Source of the DNA: an uncultured Clostridium sp.
Lineage (GTDB): Bacteria; Bacillota; Clostridia; Clostridiales; Clostridiaceae
NCBI GenBank assembly: GCA_900539375.1
Contig: UQBY01000006.1
Coordinates: 47,722-111,721 of the forward strand
Reading direction: 5' to 3'
Length of the DNA stretch: 64,000 nt
The first letter of the stretch is position 1; every line of letters starts with the position of its first letter. Of this stretch, positions 38,028-47,926 are shown piece after piece. Position numbers and translations under genes: made by a program. The notes under the pieces were generated by a model that searched no databases, was not told the origin of the DNA, and saw only the letters and a list, made by a program, of their open reading frames with translations.

Positions 38028-38042
38028 TGAATCAAGTCAAAT

Positions 38043-39245
38043 TTATAACATATGAGACATTTTTTCTTTTTTGGTTTTTAAGTAAAATGCATCTATTTCA
38101 TTTGCTTCTATTTGTAGAGGCACTCTATTGCATATATTTATTCCACATGCTTTTAATTTTTCTATCTTATCTGGATTATTTGTCATAAGATTTATATTTT
38201 CTATTCCTAATTTTTTTAATATAGCAGCTGCTATATCATATTTTCTTGCATCTGCTGGAAAGCCTAATTTTAAATTTGCCTCTACTGTATCTAATCCTTC
38301 ATCTTGAAGGCTATAAGCCTTTAATTTATTTATAAGACCAATTCCTCTTCCTTCTTGTCTCATATAAAGTAAAACTCCAGAACCATTTTCAGCTATTTTT
38401 TTCATTGCTGCATCATATTGTTCTCCACAATCACATCTTTTAGAACCTAAAGCATCTCCAGTTAAACATTCTGAATGAACCCTTGTTAATACTTTTTCTT
38501 CTTTAGAAATATCACCTTTAACTAAAGCTACATGATGCTCTCCTGTCTTTTTATCAATAAATCCATAAGCTCTAAAGTTACCATATTTTGTTGGAAGCTT
38601 TGTTTCTACAACCTTTTCTACTAATTCTTCATTATTTGAATTTTTCTCTCTTGCTTTTCTATATTCAACTAAATCTGCTATTGTTATTATTTTCAAATTA
38701 TGTAATTTAGCAAATTCTTTTAACTCTGTTGTACGCATCATTTCTCCGTCTTCTCTCATTATTTCACAACAAAGTCCACATTCTTTTAATCCTGCAAGCT
38801 TAACTAAATCTACAGTTGCCTCTGTATGACCTGTTCTTTCTAAAACTCCTCCATCCTTAGCCTTTAAAGGAAACATATGTCCTGGTCTTCTAAAATCCTC
38901 TGGCTTTGCATTATCACAAACAGATTTTATAGCTGTTATTGAACGCTCCTTAGCTGATATTCCAGTGGTTGTATCTATATGGTCTATTGATACTGTAAAT
39001 GCTGTTTCATGATTATCTGTATTTTTTTCAACCATTTGATTTAATTCAAGCTTTTCAGTTAACTCTCTACTCATAGGCATACATATTAAACCTTTAGCAT
39101 AAGTTGCCATGAAATTTACATTTGCAGTGGTAGCAAATTCTGCTGCACATATACAATCCCCTTCATTTTCTCTATCTGGGTCATCAATTACTAAAACTAT
39201 TTTCCCATTTCTTATATCTTCAATTGCTTCTTCAATAGTGTTCAT
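38043..39245 (-). CDS. ribBA: Bifunctional 3,4-dihydroxy-2-butanone-4-phosphate synthase / GTP cyclohydrolase II
   Basis: 400 aa. [26 protein letters not shown]...CDCG and RQEGRGIGL. Confidence 0.95.
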   Translation of the reverse strand: MNTIEEAIEDIRNGKIVLVIDDPDRENEGDCICAAEFATTANVNFMATYAKGLICMPMSRELTEKLELNQMVEKNTDNHETAFTVSIDHIDTTTGISAKERSITAIKSVCDNAKPEDFRRPGHMFPLKAKDGGVLERTGHTEATVDLVKLAGLKECGLCCEIMREDGEMMRTTELKEFAKLHNLKIITIADLVEYRKAREKNSNNEELVEKVVETKLPTKYGNFRAYGFIDKKTGEHHVALVKGDISKEEKVLTRVHSECLTGDALGSKRCDCGEQYDAAMKKIAENGSGVLLYMRQEGRGIGLINKLKAYSLQDEGLDTVEANLKLGFPADARKYDIAAAILKKLGIENINLMTNNPDKIEKLKACGINICNRVPLQIEANEIDAFYLKTKKEKMSHML

Positions 39246-39266
39246 ATTTTAAAAACTCCTTTCTTG

Positions 39267-39920
39267 TTACATAAATCCATTACTTCTTAAAAACTCTTCT
39301 GTTATGTTAGATTCCTTTTTCTCTTCTTTATTATTAAAACCTAAAAGTTTTTCAACATACTTTCCAACCATGTCACATTCAAGATTTACCTTATCTCCTA
39401 CCTTCTTTTTTAGTAAAGTAGTTTCTTCTCCTGTATGAGGTATAATTGAAACCTTAAAAACTTCTTCATCTACATAAGCCACTGTCAGGCTAATTCCATC
39501 AATTGCTATAGAACCTTTTTCTATAATATATTTAAGAATTTTTCTATCTGCTTTTACAGTAACCCATACTGCATTCTTCTCTCTTATTAATGAAAAAATC
39601 TCTCCACATCCATCAATGTGTCCACTTACAATATGCCCTCCAAGTCTTTTTTCTAAAGTTAATGCTCTTTCTAAATTTACTTTATCCCCAACTTTAAGCT
39701 TTCCTAAATTGCTTCTTCTAAAGGTTTCTTCCATAACATCAGCTTCAAAACTATTTCCTTTTATATTTGTAACTGTAAGACATACTCCATTAGTAGCTAT
39801 GCTATCTCCTATTAATGTTTTTTCTAAAACTTTTTTAGCTTTAATAATAAGCTTTGAGGATTCACTACCAAGTTTTAAGGATTTTACCTCTCCAACTTCT
39901 TCAATAATTCCTGTAAACAC
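39267..39920 (-). CDS. ribE: Riboflavin synthase alpha chain
   Basis: MFTGIIEEVG..., an internal repeat with GGHIVSGHIDG, and SIAIDGISLTV. Confidence 0.93.
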   Translation of the reverse strand: MFTGIIEEVGEVKSLKLGSESSKLIIKAKKVLEKTLIGDSIATNGVCLTVTNIKGNSFEADVMEETFRRSNLGKLKVGDKVNLERALTLEKRLGGHIVSGHIDGCGEIFSLIREKNAVWVTVKADRKILKYIIEKGSIAIDGISLTVAYVDEEVFKVSIIPHTGEETTLLKKKVGDKVNLECDMVGKYVEKLLGFNNKEEKKESNITEEFLRSNGFM

Positions 39921-41014
39921 TAGTTTTCATCCCCTTTTTCTACATATCCTTCAACTAAAATATCTTCTTTTATTGTTGATACTGATAAATTAGTTATTTT
40001 AAAAGCATCCTTTAAATTATCAATTCCCTTTCCTTCAATTGGAGTTTTAGAATCTTTTCCTCCTATTATTTTAGGTGCAATATAAATTTTAACTTTATCT
40101 ACTATCCCCTCTTCTAAAGCAGAAAAGTTTAATGTTCCTCCTCCTTCAAGAAGTATGCTATCTATTTTAAGTTTTCCAAGGATTGTCATTAATTCCTTTA
40201 AATTAACCTTTCCATTCTTTGAGGGAACTACTATAATCTTAACTCCCTTATCTTCAAGACTATTTATTTTATCCAAATTAGCTTTATCAGTTGTTGCAAT
40301 TATTGTTTCCACTTCTTTTGCTGTATTTACAATCTTGCAATCCATAGGAATTTTTAAATTGCTATCTACAATTATTCTTATAGGATTTCTTCCTCCATTA
40401 ACTCTACAAGTAAGTTGAGGGTTGTCCTTTAAAACAGTATTTATTCCAACCATTATTCCTGTAAGTTCATTTCTAAGGTTATGAACATCTTCTCTAGATC
40501 TTTCTTCAGTAATCCATTTAGATTCTCCAGAATAAGTAGCAATTTTTCCATCTAAAGACATTCCTGTTTTCATAACAACAAAAGGTTCTTTTTTTACTAT
40601 ATATTTCATGAAAACTTCATTAAGCTTATAACATTCACTTTCTAATATTCCATACTCTACATAAATCCCTGCATCTTTAAGTTTTTTAACCCCTCTTCCT
40701 GCAACTAATGGATTAGGGTCTAATGTTCCAATAAACACTTTAGAAATTTTCTTTTCTATAATCTTATCTGCACAAGGAGGAGTTTTTCCAAAGTGTGAAC
40801 AAGGCTCTAAAGTAACATACATTTCTGCTCCTTCAACATTTTCATTTTTCTCCTCTGCATCTTTAAAAGCATTTACCTCAGCATGACCTTCTCCACATTT
40901 TTTATGATAGCCTTGCCCTAGTATTTTGCCATCTTTAACAATAACAGCTCCAACCATAGGATTAGGATGAACTCTTCCAATTCCTTTCTTTGCAAGCTCT
41001 AAAGCTAACTTCAT
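39920..41014 (-). CDS. ribD: Bifunctional diaminohydroxyphosphoribosylaminopyrimidine deaminase / 5-amino-6-(5-phosphoribosylamino)uracil reductase
   Basis: ORF track 39920..41029 begins at a TTG. The likely ATG start is MKLALELAKKG. HAEVNAF...TLEPCSHFGKTPPC is the zinc deaminase motif, followed by a C-terminal reductase domain. It overlaps the ribE start by 1 nt. Confidence 0.93.
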   Translation of the reverse strand: MKLALELAKKGIGRVHPNPMVGAVIVKDGKILGQGYHKKCGEGHAEVNAFKDAEEKNENVEGAEMYVTLEPCSHFGKTPPCADKIIEKKISKVFIGTLDPNPLVAGRGVKKLKDAGIYVEYGILESECYKLNEVFMKYIVKKEPFVVMKTGMSLDGKIATYSGESKWITEERSREDVHNLRNELTGIMVGINTVLKDNPQLTCRVNGGRNPIRIIVDSNLKIPMDCKIVNTAKEVETIIATTDKANLDKINSLEDKGVKIIVVPSKNGKVNLKELMTILGKLKIDSILLEGGGTLNFSALEEGIVDKVKIYIAPKIIGGKDSKTPIEGKGIDNLKDAFKITNLSVSTIKEDILVEGYVEKGDEN

Positions 41015-41045
41015 ATATCCTTCTTTCAATTTCTTTCACTCCTTT

Positions 41046-41085
41046 TTTACAAAAGAAAAGTCCTGAACCTTAAAAAGTTCAGGAC
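41046..41085 (-). terminator. Second (proximal to ribD) intrinsic terminator hairpin in the rib leader
   Basis: gtcctgaac / gttcaggac stem followed on the minus strand by TTTTCTTTT. Confidence 0.7.
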
Positions 41086-41130
41086 ATAAAAATTTTTCAA
41101 AATATTTAATTATAAAACTACATAATTTAT

Positions 41131-41163
41131 TAAAAAAGCTCTGAAATAAAAATATTTCAGAGC
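41131..41163 (-). terminator. First intrinsic terminator hairpin downstream of the FMN aptamer
   Basis: gctctgaaata / tatttcagagc stem followed on the minus strand by TTTTTT. Confidence 0.7.
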
Positions 41164-41203
41164 AAATACACAAAATAAAAACATGGTTTTATAAACATAT
41201 AAA

Positions 41204-41317
41204 CTTTCTTCTTTCATCCAGACTATACTGTCGGCTTTGGAATTTCACCAAATCATGCTAATAATTAGCTCGTGGGCTATACCACCGGTAGGGACTTTCA
41301 CCCTGCCCTGAAGACTT
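41204..41317 (-). promoter_or_regulatory. FMN riboswitch (RFN element) aptamer controlling ribDEBAH
   Basis: The minus strand reads aagtcttCAGGGCAGGGTGAAAGTCCCTACCGGTGGTATAGCCCACGAGC...GATTTGGTGAAATTCCAAAGCCGACAGTATAGTCTGGATGAAAGAAGAaag, which contains the canonical conserved RFN core blocks. Confidence 0.95.
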
Positions 41318-41333
41318 ATTAAATTATAGATTT

Positions 41334-41362
41334 ATAATATAACTTAATTTTCTATATGTCAA
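41334..41362 (-). promoter_or_regulatory. Sigma-A type promoter of the rib operon
   Basis: The minus strand reads TTGACA-N17-TATTAT, placed ~15-20 nt upstream of the riboswitch 5' end. Confidence 0.55.
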
Positions 41363-41481
41363 TAATTTAAATAAAATTAAATTTAATTTGTCAATATTAC
41401 TAAAATATTTTTAACTTCTTAAGTATCTTTTTCATATTATACAATATATGATTTTTACATCATAAATAAAGGAGGATAAAA

Positions 41482-41793
41482 ATGGATACTAATATATATG
41501 ATTGTTGTAATACAATAAATAACTGCCCTTGTGAAGATTCTCATTGTGAATTTAGAAATCCTGCAGTAAAAATAGTTAGAAATTTAAATGATGAATTATG
41601 TAATATGAAAGTTGATTTAGCAGAAATTAAAGCTAATTTAATTTTTTTAGCACAAAGTCTTTGCAATTCTGGCTGTCTTTGTCAAACTGAAGAAGTTTTA
41701 TTATTAGCACTTGATGCTCAAGTAAAAAATTTAAATAGTAAGCTAAAAAGTGGTTTAGAAGAATTAGACCAATTAGAATGTATCTTACAATAA
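41482..41793 (+). CDS. Small cysteine-rich protein of unknown function (10 Cys in 103 aa; helical C-terminal half)
   Basis: Strong RBS AAAGGAGGA 6 nt before the ATG and its own terminator. N-terminal CC..CPC..HC cluster, then C..C..C.C, and a heptad-like LxxL C-terminal segment. No family was recognised. Confidence 0.6.
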   Translation: MDTNIYDCCNTINNCPCEDSHCEFRNPAVKIVRNLNDELCNMKVDLAEIKANLIFLAQSLCNSGCLCQTEEVLLLALDAQVKNLNSKLKSGLEELDQLECILQ

Positions 41794-41803
41794 ATATATA
41801 AAT

Positions 41804-41850
41804 TAAAAAAAGCTGTTGCATTAAGAATTCTTATACAACAGCTTTCTTTA
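41804..41850. terminator. Bidirectional terminator between the Cys-rich gene and malQ
   Basis: Long hairpin agctgttg-ca-ttaagaa / ttctta-ta-caacagct, flanked by an A-run and a T-rich tail. Confidence 0.75.
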
Positions 41851-41882
41851 TTTCTTAATTATTCCTTTTTAAAAAGAATGTA

Positions 41883-43379
41883 TTATTCACATCTTCCATA
41901 TAACTTAGTAAATTTATATATCTTATTTGCAAGATTTTCATTTATATCTTCTTTCTTAGCTCTCCATTGCCAGTTTGTACCTAATGTTGATGGTAAATTA
42001 ATTCTTGCTTCATTTCCTAAATTTAAGAAGTCTTGCATTGGAGCTATAGCTGTATCTGCAACACTACTCCAAATACCTCTAATGAATCCCCAGTTATAAC
42101 CCTCTTCTTCATTTAATCCTAAATATCTTATTGCATTTCTTACTTCTTTCTTACTTCCAGTTTTCTCAAACCAGCCTAAGAAAGTATCATTATCATGAGT
42201 TCCTGTATAAGCTATGCAATTTTTAATATAATTGTGTGGTAAATATTCACTATCTCCACCACCAAAGCCAAATTCTAATATCTTCATTCCAGGATATCCA
42301 GTTTCAGCTAAGAATTCTTTAACTTCTTCTGTTAAGAAACCAAGATCTTCTGCAATAACATCAATTTCTCCAAGTTCCTTTTTAACAGCATTAAATAATG
42401 ACATTCCTGGTCCTTTAACCCATTTTCCATTAACAGCTGTTGGTTCACCATAAGGAATTTGCCAATAAGCTTCAAATCCTCTAAAGTGGTCTATTCTAAC
42501 TATATCATATAGTTTTAAACTTTCTTTTATTCTTGAAATCCACCATTTATAATTGTTTTTCTTCATAGCATCCCAATCATAAATAGGATTTCCCCATAAT
42601 TGTCCTGTTGCAGAGAACATATCAGGAGGACAACCAGCTACAAATAATGGTTTCATTTCTTTTACATTCATCTTAAAGTTTTCAGGTGCACTCCAAGCAT
42701 CTACACTATCTTCAGCTACATATATAGGAATATCTCCTATTATTTTTATTCCTAAAGAATTAGTATAATCCTTTAATGCAGTCCATTGTTCAAAGAATAA
42801 ATATTGAACAAATGACCAAAATCCTATTTCATCCTTTAAAGATTCTTTGTATTTTTTAATTGCTTCTGGTTCTCTCTTTTTAATATCATCTGGCCATTCT
42901 TGCCATGAAACTAATTTAAAATGATTTTTTAAAGACATATATAATGCATAATCTTCTAACCAAAAAGCATTTTCTTCTTTAAACTTTTCTATTTTTTGAG
43001 CTAATTCCTTTAAATTACCCTTTTTAAAATTATCATAAGCTCTTTTTAATACTTTGTTTTTAGATTCAAAAATTGTTCCATAGTCTATTCTTTCTGGGTT
43101 ATCACCATAGTTTTCCTTTTTGTAATCCTCTTCTTTTAAAATTCCCTCTTCTCTTAATATATCATAGTCGATAAAGTATGGATTTCCTGCAAAAGCTGAG
43201 AAACATTGATATGGTGAATCACCATAACTAGTGTGACCTAAAGGTAGTATTTGCCAATACTTTAAACCAGATGTTTCTAAAAACTCTGCAAATTTAAATG
43301 CTTCTTTTCCTAATGTACCTATACCATATTCACCAGGTAATGAAGCTATATGCATTAAAATTCCTGCTCCTCTGTCCAT
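41883..43379 (-). CDS. malQ: 4-alpha-glucanotransferase (amylomaltase, GH77)
   Basis: 498 aa. GAGILMHIASLPGEYGIGTLG, SPYQCFSAFAGNPYFID, VRIDHFRGF and GTHDNDT. Confidence 0.93.
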   Translation of the reverse strand: MDRGAGILMHIASLPGEYGIGTLGKEAFKFAEFLETSGLKYWQILPLGHTSYGDSPYQCFSAFAGNPYFIDYDILREEGILKEEDYKKENYGDNPERIDYGTIFESKNKVLKRAYDNFKKGNLKELAQKIEKFKEENAFWLEDYALYMSLKNHFKLVSWQEWPDDIKKREPEAIKKYKESLKDEIGFWSFVQYLFFEQWTALKDYTNSLGIKIIGDIPIYVAEDSVDAWSAPENFKMNVKEMKPLFVAGCPPDMFSATGQLWGNPIYDWDAMKKNNYKWWISRIKESLKLYDIVRIDHFRGFEAYWQIPYGEPTAVNGKWVKGPGMSLFNAVKKELGEIDVIAEDLGFLTEEVKEFLAETGYPGMKILEFGFGGGDSEYLPHNYIKNCIAYTGTHDNDTFLGWFEKTGSKKEVRNAIRYLGLNEEEGYNWGFIRGIWSSVADTAIAPMQDFLNLGNEARINLPSTLGTNWQWRAKKEDINENLANKIYKFTKLYGRCE

Positions 43380-43394
43380 TAATTATCCTCCTAA

Positions 43395-44438
43395 CTAAAT
43401 TATATTTTTATTGTTTTGTAAATCTCTATGTTCAACTGTAGATTCTCTTTTTACAAGTTCTGTTTCTAATATTAGATTTTTATGAGTCCCCTTTTTACTC
43501 AAAATATCTAATAATAAATTTACACTTTCTAGTGCAATATCTTTTCTTGGTTGTTTTATAGTAGTAATTCCGGGATTATAATATTCACTTATATCTAACC
43601 CATCAAAACCAACTAGTGAAATGTCTTTTCCAATTATTAATCCTGAATCAGCAATAGCTTTTGCTACTCCTAAAGCCATTGTATCTGCTGTTACAAATAT
43701 TGCAGATATATAATTTTTCTTTTCCTGTAAATACCTTTTCATAACCTGATATGCTATCTTTGTTGAATATTCTCCAACAAGTAACTTTTGTGTATCAAAC
43801 TGTATGCCAGCTTCATCTATAGCTTTTCTATATCCCTTCAATCTAGAATAACTCATTCCTAAGTCATTTTCTTCACCAATCATTACTGCTATATCTCTAT
43901 GACCTAAGTTTATTAAAAACTTTGTTGCTTTATATGCTGCCTTCTCATTGTCTATACCTACTGTTGAATAAAGTCCCCTTCCTTTAGCAACTGTAGTATT
44001 TACAGATGTTAATATAACAGGCACCTCTAAAGCTTCCATTTTTTCTGGTGTAACACACTCAAAATTACCACCAAGACATATTGCACCTTGAAGCCTTTTT
44101 TCTTTTATAAATGACCTTAAAGTGTCAATATCCTCATCAAAATTGCCATAGCTTTGCTGCAATATCATAGTATACTTAGTATCATTTATAGTATTAGCTA
44201 TAAGATTTAACATTTCAGAAAAAAATGGATTAAACACACCTTTTACCAATACTCCTATATTCATAGAGTTATTTTGTTTTAAAATTCTAGCACTGTTATT
44301 TGGGATATAATTGCTCTCTTTAATTATCTTGTTAACCTTTTCTCTAGTACTCTCCTTAACATCTGGATGATTATTTATCACCCTAGATACTGTGCTAACA
44401 CCAACACCTGCTAACCTGGCAACATCCTTAATATTCAT
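43395..44438 (-). CDS. LacI-family transcriptional regulator (MalR-like by context)
   Basis: MNIKDVARLAGVGVSTVSRVINNHPDVKESTREKV is the HTH, followed by a periplasmic-binding-fold sugar sensor domain. Confidence 0.88.
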   Translation of the reverse strand: MNIKDVARLAGVGVSTVSRVINNHPDVKESTREKVNKIIKESNYIPNNSARILKQNNSMNIGVLVKGVFNPFFSEMLNLIANTINDTKYTMILQQSYGNFDEDIDTLRSFIKEKRLQGAICLGGNFECVTPEKMEALEVPVILTSVNTTVAKGRGLYSTVGIDNEKAAYKATKFLINLGHRDIAVMIGEENDLGMSYSRLKGYRKAIDEAGIQFDTQKLLVGEYSTKIAYQVMKRYLQEKKNYISAIFVTADTMALGVAKAIADSGLIIGKDISLVGFDGLDISEYYNPGITTIKQPRKDIALESVNLLLDILSKKGTHKNLILETELVKRESTVEHRDLQNNKNII

Positions 44439-44477
44439 TTATTAAACCTCCTAAAAGTATCCCTTTTTAGGACATTT

Positions 44478-44491
44478 TGGTATCGTTCCCA
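44478..44491. promoter_or_regulatory. LacI/CcpA-type operator candidate upstream of the regulator-malQ pair
   Basis: TGGTATCGTTCCCA fits TGNNANCGNTNNCA, with half-site symmetry around the central CG. It is similar to the site at 47856. Confidence 0.4.
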
Positions 44492-44582
44492 TAAGTATGT
44501 CGTATAAAAATCCCTATGTAACATAGGAATTTTTATACATACTTATAATCTGCTAATATTTATTAAATGAGAGCTTAAACTA

Positions 44583-45458
44583 TTAACCCTTTACTGAACC
44601 TGCTGTTAATCCAGTAGCTATGAATTTTTGTAATGCCATGAATATGATAACTATTGGTAATGAAGCTAAGATAGCTGCTGCTGAATATTCTGTCCAACAT
44701 ATACCTTGTGACTTATTAACAAAACTATATAATCCAATAGACATAGTCCATTTTGCTTGGTCTTTAATAATTGCTGTTGTATAAATAATTTCACTATATG
44801 CATTTATGAATGCAAATAAGAATATTACAAGTAACATGTTCTTAATTAGTGGTAAAATTATTTGAATAAATGTTTGGAAAGTAGTTGCTCCATCAACATA
44901 AGCAGCTTCTACAAGGTCATCTGGAATACCATCCATATTACCTTTCATAAGCCATACATTATATGCACTACCACCACATTGAATTAATACAAGCCATAGT
45001 AAACTATCCATACCATTAAACTTGTAAACTATACTTAACATAGCTGGTAAAGCCATTGAAGTTGGGAACATTTGAAGTATTAATAAAAACATTAACCCCT
45101 TACTTCTTCCCTTAAATCTTATCTTAGAAAATGCAAAACCTGCTGGAATTGTTAATAATAATTGAACTACTGCTATTGTGGTACAAACCTTAAGAGAATT
45201 CCATACCCAAGTTGTAAATCCCATTTCTGTAAATACTTTTTTATAGTTAACTAAAGTAAATGTTTTTGGAAAGACACTTGTAGTAAATGAGTTACCTTTT
45301 ATAACTGAAGTTGTTAATACAAGTAATATTGGGAATAATACAATTATCATTAATATCCATAATCCAATTCTACATAACCATGCACTTGTCTTTTGTGCTG
45401 GTGTTAATCTATCTACATATGGTTCATATTTTACATCATTATTTTTAGACATCTGCAT
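44583..45458 (-). CDS. Maltodextrin/sugar ABC transporter permease (MalG-like)
   Basis: 291 aa, 6 TM, with the EAA loop VEAAYVDGATTFQTFIQIILP. Confidence 0.88.
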   Translation of the reverse strand: MQMSKNNDVKYEPYVDRLTPAQKTSAWLCRIGLWILMIIVLFPILLVLTTSVIKGNSFTTSVFPKTFTLVNYKKVFTEMGFTTWVWNSLKVCTTIAVVQLLLTIPAGFAFSKIRFKGRSKGLMFLLILQMFPTSMALPAMLSIVYKFNGMDSLLWLVLIQCGGSAYNVWLMKGNMDGIPDDLVEAAYVDGATTFQTFIQIILPLIKNMLLVIFLFAFINAYSEIIYTTAIIKDQAKWTMSIGLYSFVNKSQGICWTEYSAAAILASLPIVIIFMALQKFIATGLTAGSVKG

Positions 45459-45459
45459 A

Positions 45460-46392
45460 TTACTTTACCTCCTCAAATTGTCCAGATAACTTCATTTGTA
45501 CATAAGATATCAATGCAAGTATTACGAATACTATAATTCCTAATGCTGCACCTGTTGCATATAATTCTTTCTTAACAGCGAATTTATATATAACTGATGC
45601 TAAGATATCTGTTTTACCAGCATAAATACTTTCACCTGCTGGATTACCATTAGTAACTAAGTATGCTGAACCGAAGTTATTGAAGTTAAATGAGAATGAT
45701 GATATTAATAGTGGATAAGCTGTGTTTGCTAATGATGGTAATGTAATCTTTATAAATTGAATAAATTTACCTGCTCCATCAACATCTGCAGCTTCATAAT
45801 AATCTTTAGGAATTGATGCTAAAGATCCAATACAAATATTCATCATGTAAGGGAATCCAAGCCATATATTAATTAATATTAACCACATTCTTGCAAAGAA
45901 TGGATTTTCTAGCCATAAAATTCTATTACTATCTGACATTATACCTAATGAAACTAATATATTGTTTATAGCACCTTCTGAACCATGTAAAAGACCTTTC
46001 CAAGAAAGTATAGCAACTGTTACTGGAAGTGCCCATGGTAATATTAATATAGCTTTATAAATTGCTCTTTCTTTAACATTTTCATTATTTAAAAGTAATG
46101 CTGCTATAAGACCAACTAAAAATGAACCTCCAGTTGATAGTAAAGCAAAAATTACTGTCCATCCAAATACAGGAAATAATGATGATGAAAATTTACCATT
46201 AAAGATTTGCAAGAAATTATCTATTCCTATAAACTTCCAATTTCCATTTAATCTATTATCACCACAATAATCTGTAAATGAAATGAATATTGTATACAAT
46301 ATTGGTAGTACTGTAAATATAAATATTGCAATAGCTGCTGGTAATAAATAAGGTATTGCAATTCTTGTATTCTTCTTATTTTCTACTGCCAT
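45460..46392 (-). CDS. Maltodextrin/sugar ABC transporter permease (MalF-like, short form)
   Basis: ORF track 45460..46413. I moved the start to the ATG (MAVENKK) after an AAAGGGGA RBS. EAA loop YEAADVDGAGKFIQFIKITLP. Confidence 0.88.
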   Translation of the reverse strand: MAVENKKNTRIAIPYLLPAAIAIFIFTVLPILYTIFISFTDYCGDNRLNGNWKFIGIDNFLQIFNGKFSSSLFPVFGWTVIFALLSTGGSFLVGLIAALLLNNENVKERAIYKAILILPWALPVTVAILSWKGLLHGSEGAINNILVSLGIMSDSNRILWLENPFFARMWLILINIWLGFPYMMNICIGSLASIPKDYYEAADVDGAGKFIQFIKITLPSLANTAYPLLISSFSFNFNNFGSAYLVTNGNPAGESIYAGKTDILASVIYKFAVKKELYATGAALGIIVFVILALISYVQMKLSGQFEEVK

Positions 46393-46495
46393 GGTAAAAA
46401 AGTCCCCTTTCAATAATTAATAAACATATTATAAGTATTTCTCAGAAAAATAAGGAGGAGAAAAACTCCTCCTATTTTCTTTATATAAAATCTTA

Positions 46496-47743
46496 TTACA
46501 TTTGATCCTTCATGTCTTGAACAATCTTAGCTGCAGCTTCTTCTGGAGTTGATTTTCCTTGAAGAACAGCCTTGATTCCGTTAGCACCTGGATCCCACAT
46601 GTAAGAAACTTCTTTTACGTTTGGTGTTGGAGTAGCAAATTCTGCTTGTTCAACGAATCCTGCCATTATTTCATTAGACTTGAAGCTATCGCTTTCTATA
46701 ACACTCTTAGAAACTGGCATTCTGTTTCCTTTTTCTAATAAAATATTAGCAACTTCATCATTAGATGTTAAATACTTAAGTAATGCCCATGCAGTAGTCT
46801 TTTCTTTATCTCCTGCTTGAGAGTTAACAAATGCTGCTTGTACACCTAAGAATGGTTTTGGGTTCTTTCCGTTTATTGTTGGGATAGGAGCAACTTTGAA
46901 GTTAACACCTGCTTCTTTCATTGTAGCAACATCCCATGGTCCTGAAATATAGAATGCAGTGTTTCCTGCCTTAAAGTCATCTCTTGCCTTATCTGGACTA
47001 ATATCAGCTGTCATTAATCCATCATCTACTAAACTCTTCAAGAAAGTAAGACCCTTAATAGCACCTTCATTTCCTAATCCAATATCAGATGTATCTAAAC
47101 CATCATCAGTGCTCTTAAATACATATCCACCTTGAGCTGATAACATTGTATAAGAATGGTAGAAGTTAGTTATGTCATATTCAAATCCTAACTTATCATC
47201 CTTAGCCTTCTTAACTAAGTCTTCCATAGTTGCTGGAACTTCTGGACATTTATCTGTATTGTAGAATAAAGCTACACATTCTTGAGCTATTGGAACTGCA
47301 TAGTACTTACCATCCCACTTACCAGCTGATAAACAAGATTCTGTAAGTTTAGATTCATCAATTATTCCATCTGGAACTTCTTCTAAGTATCCTGCTTTTT
47401 GACCAGTTCCTAAGTTATCTGCTGCAATACCAAAGTATAAAGCTGGTCCTGAAGAACTCTTAGCTGCATCCATGTAACCTTGCATATCGTTTTGGTCATT
47501 TTGGAAAGTAATTTCTACTCCATTATCTTTTCCCCATTGTTGTATTATTGGATCTAAAGCATTATGCTCATCTTCAGTTAAGTGGTCCCAAACAACTAAC
47601 TTATCTGCATATTCAGTTGAAGATGAACCTCCATTACTTGAAGAACCTCCATTGTTATCATCGCCTGCACAGCCTACAAATACTGAAGCCATCATCATTG
47701 TAGCCATTGCAGCTGCTAAAACTTTTGTACGTTTACTCATCAT
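46496..47743 (-). CDS. Maltodextrin-binding lipoprotein (ABC substrate-binding protein, family 1)
   Basis: Lipoprotein signal ...MMMASVFVGCAGD, then a Gly/Ser linker and an SBP_bac_1-like body (LVVWDHL..., FYISGPWD). Confidence 0.85.
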   Translation of the reverse strand: MMSKRTKVLAAAMATMMMASVFVGCAGDDNNGGSSSNGGSSSTEYADKLVVWDHLTEDEHNALDPIIQQWGKDNGVEITFQNDQNDMQGYMDAAKSSSGPALYFGIAADNLGTGQKAGYLEEVPDGIIDESKLTESCLSAGKWDGKYYAVPIAQECVALFYNTDKCPEVPATMEDLVKKAKDDKLGFEYDITNFYHSYTMLSAQGGYVFKSTDDGLDTSDIGLGNEGAIKGLTFLKSLVDDGLMTADISPDKARDDFKAGNTAFYISGPWDVATMKEAGVNFKVAPIPTINGKNPKPFLGVQAAFVNSQAGDKEKTTAWALLKYLTSNDEVANILLEKGNRMPVSKSVIESDSFKSNEIMAGFVEQAEFATPTPNVKEVSYMWDPGANGIKAVLQGKSTPEEAAAKIVQDMKDQM

Positions 47744-47855
47744 ATTAAATTCCTCCTCATATTTGTCCTTAAATATATATTAAATCTTAGTTTTAAGATT
47801 CAACTCTAATTAAGTCATATATTAATTGAAACTTGTCCGAATTTGATTTAATGTT

Positions 47856-47869
47856 CGGCATCGTTTCCA
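47856..47869. promoter_or_regulatory. LacI/CcpA-type operator candidate upstream of the binding-protein gene
   Basis: CGGCATCGTTTCCA shares the core GGnATCGTTnCC with the site at 44478. It lies ~115 nt upstream of the start at 47743. Confidence 0.35.
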
Positions 47870-47926
47870 ACTCTATTTTCATTTTACTACTTCGTGCAAA
47901 CATTTTCAAGTGTTTTTTCATGTTTT

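Noticed and set aside
37856-38188. 110-aa plus-strand ORF spanning the rib intergenic element and the 3' end of ribBA.
   Set aside because: It is antisense to ribBA over half its length and has no RBS. The intergenic part is better explained by the inverted-repeat element.
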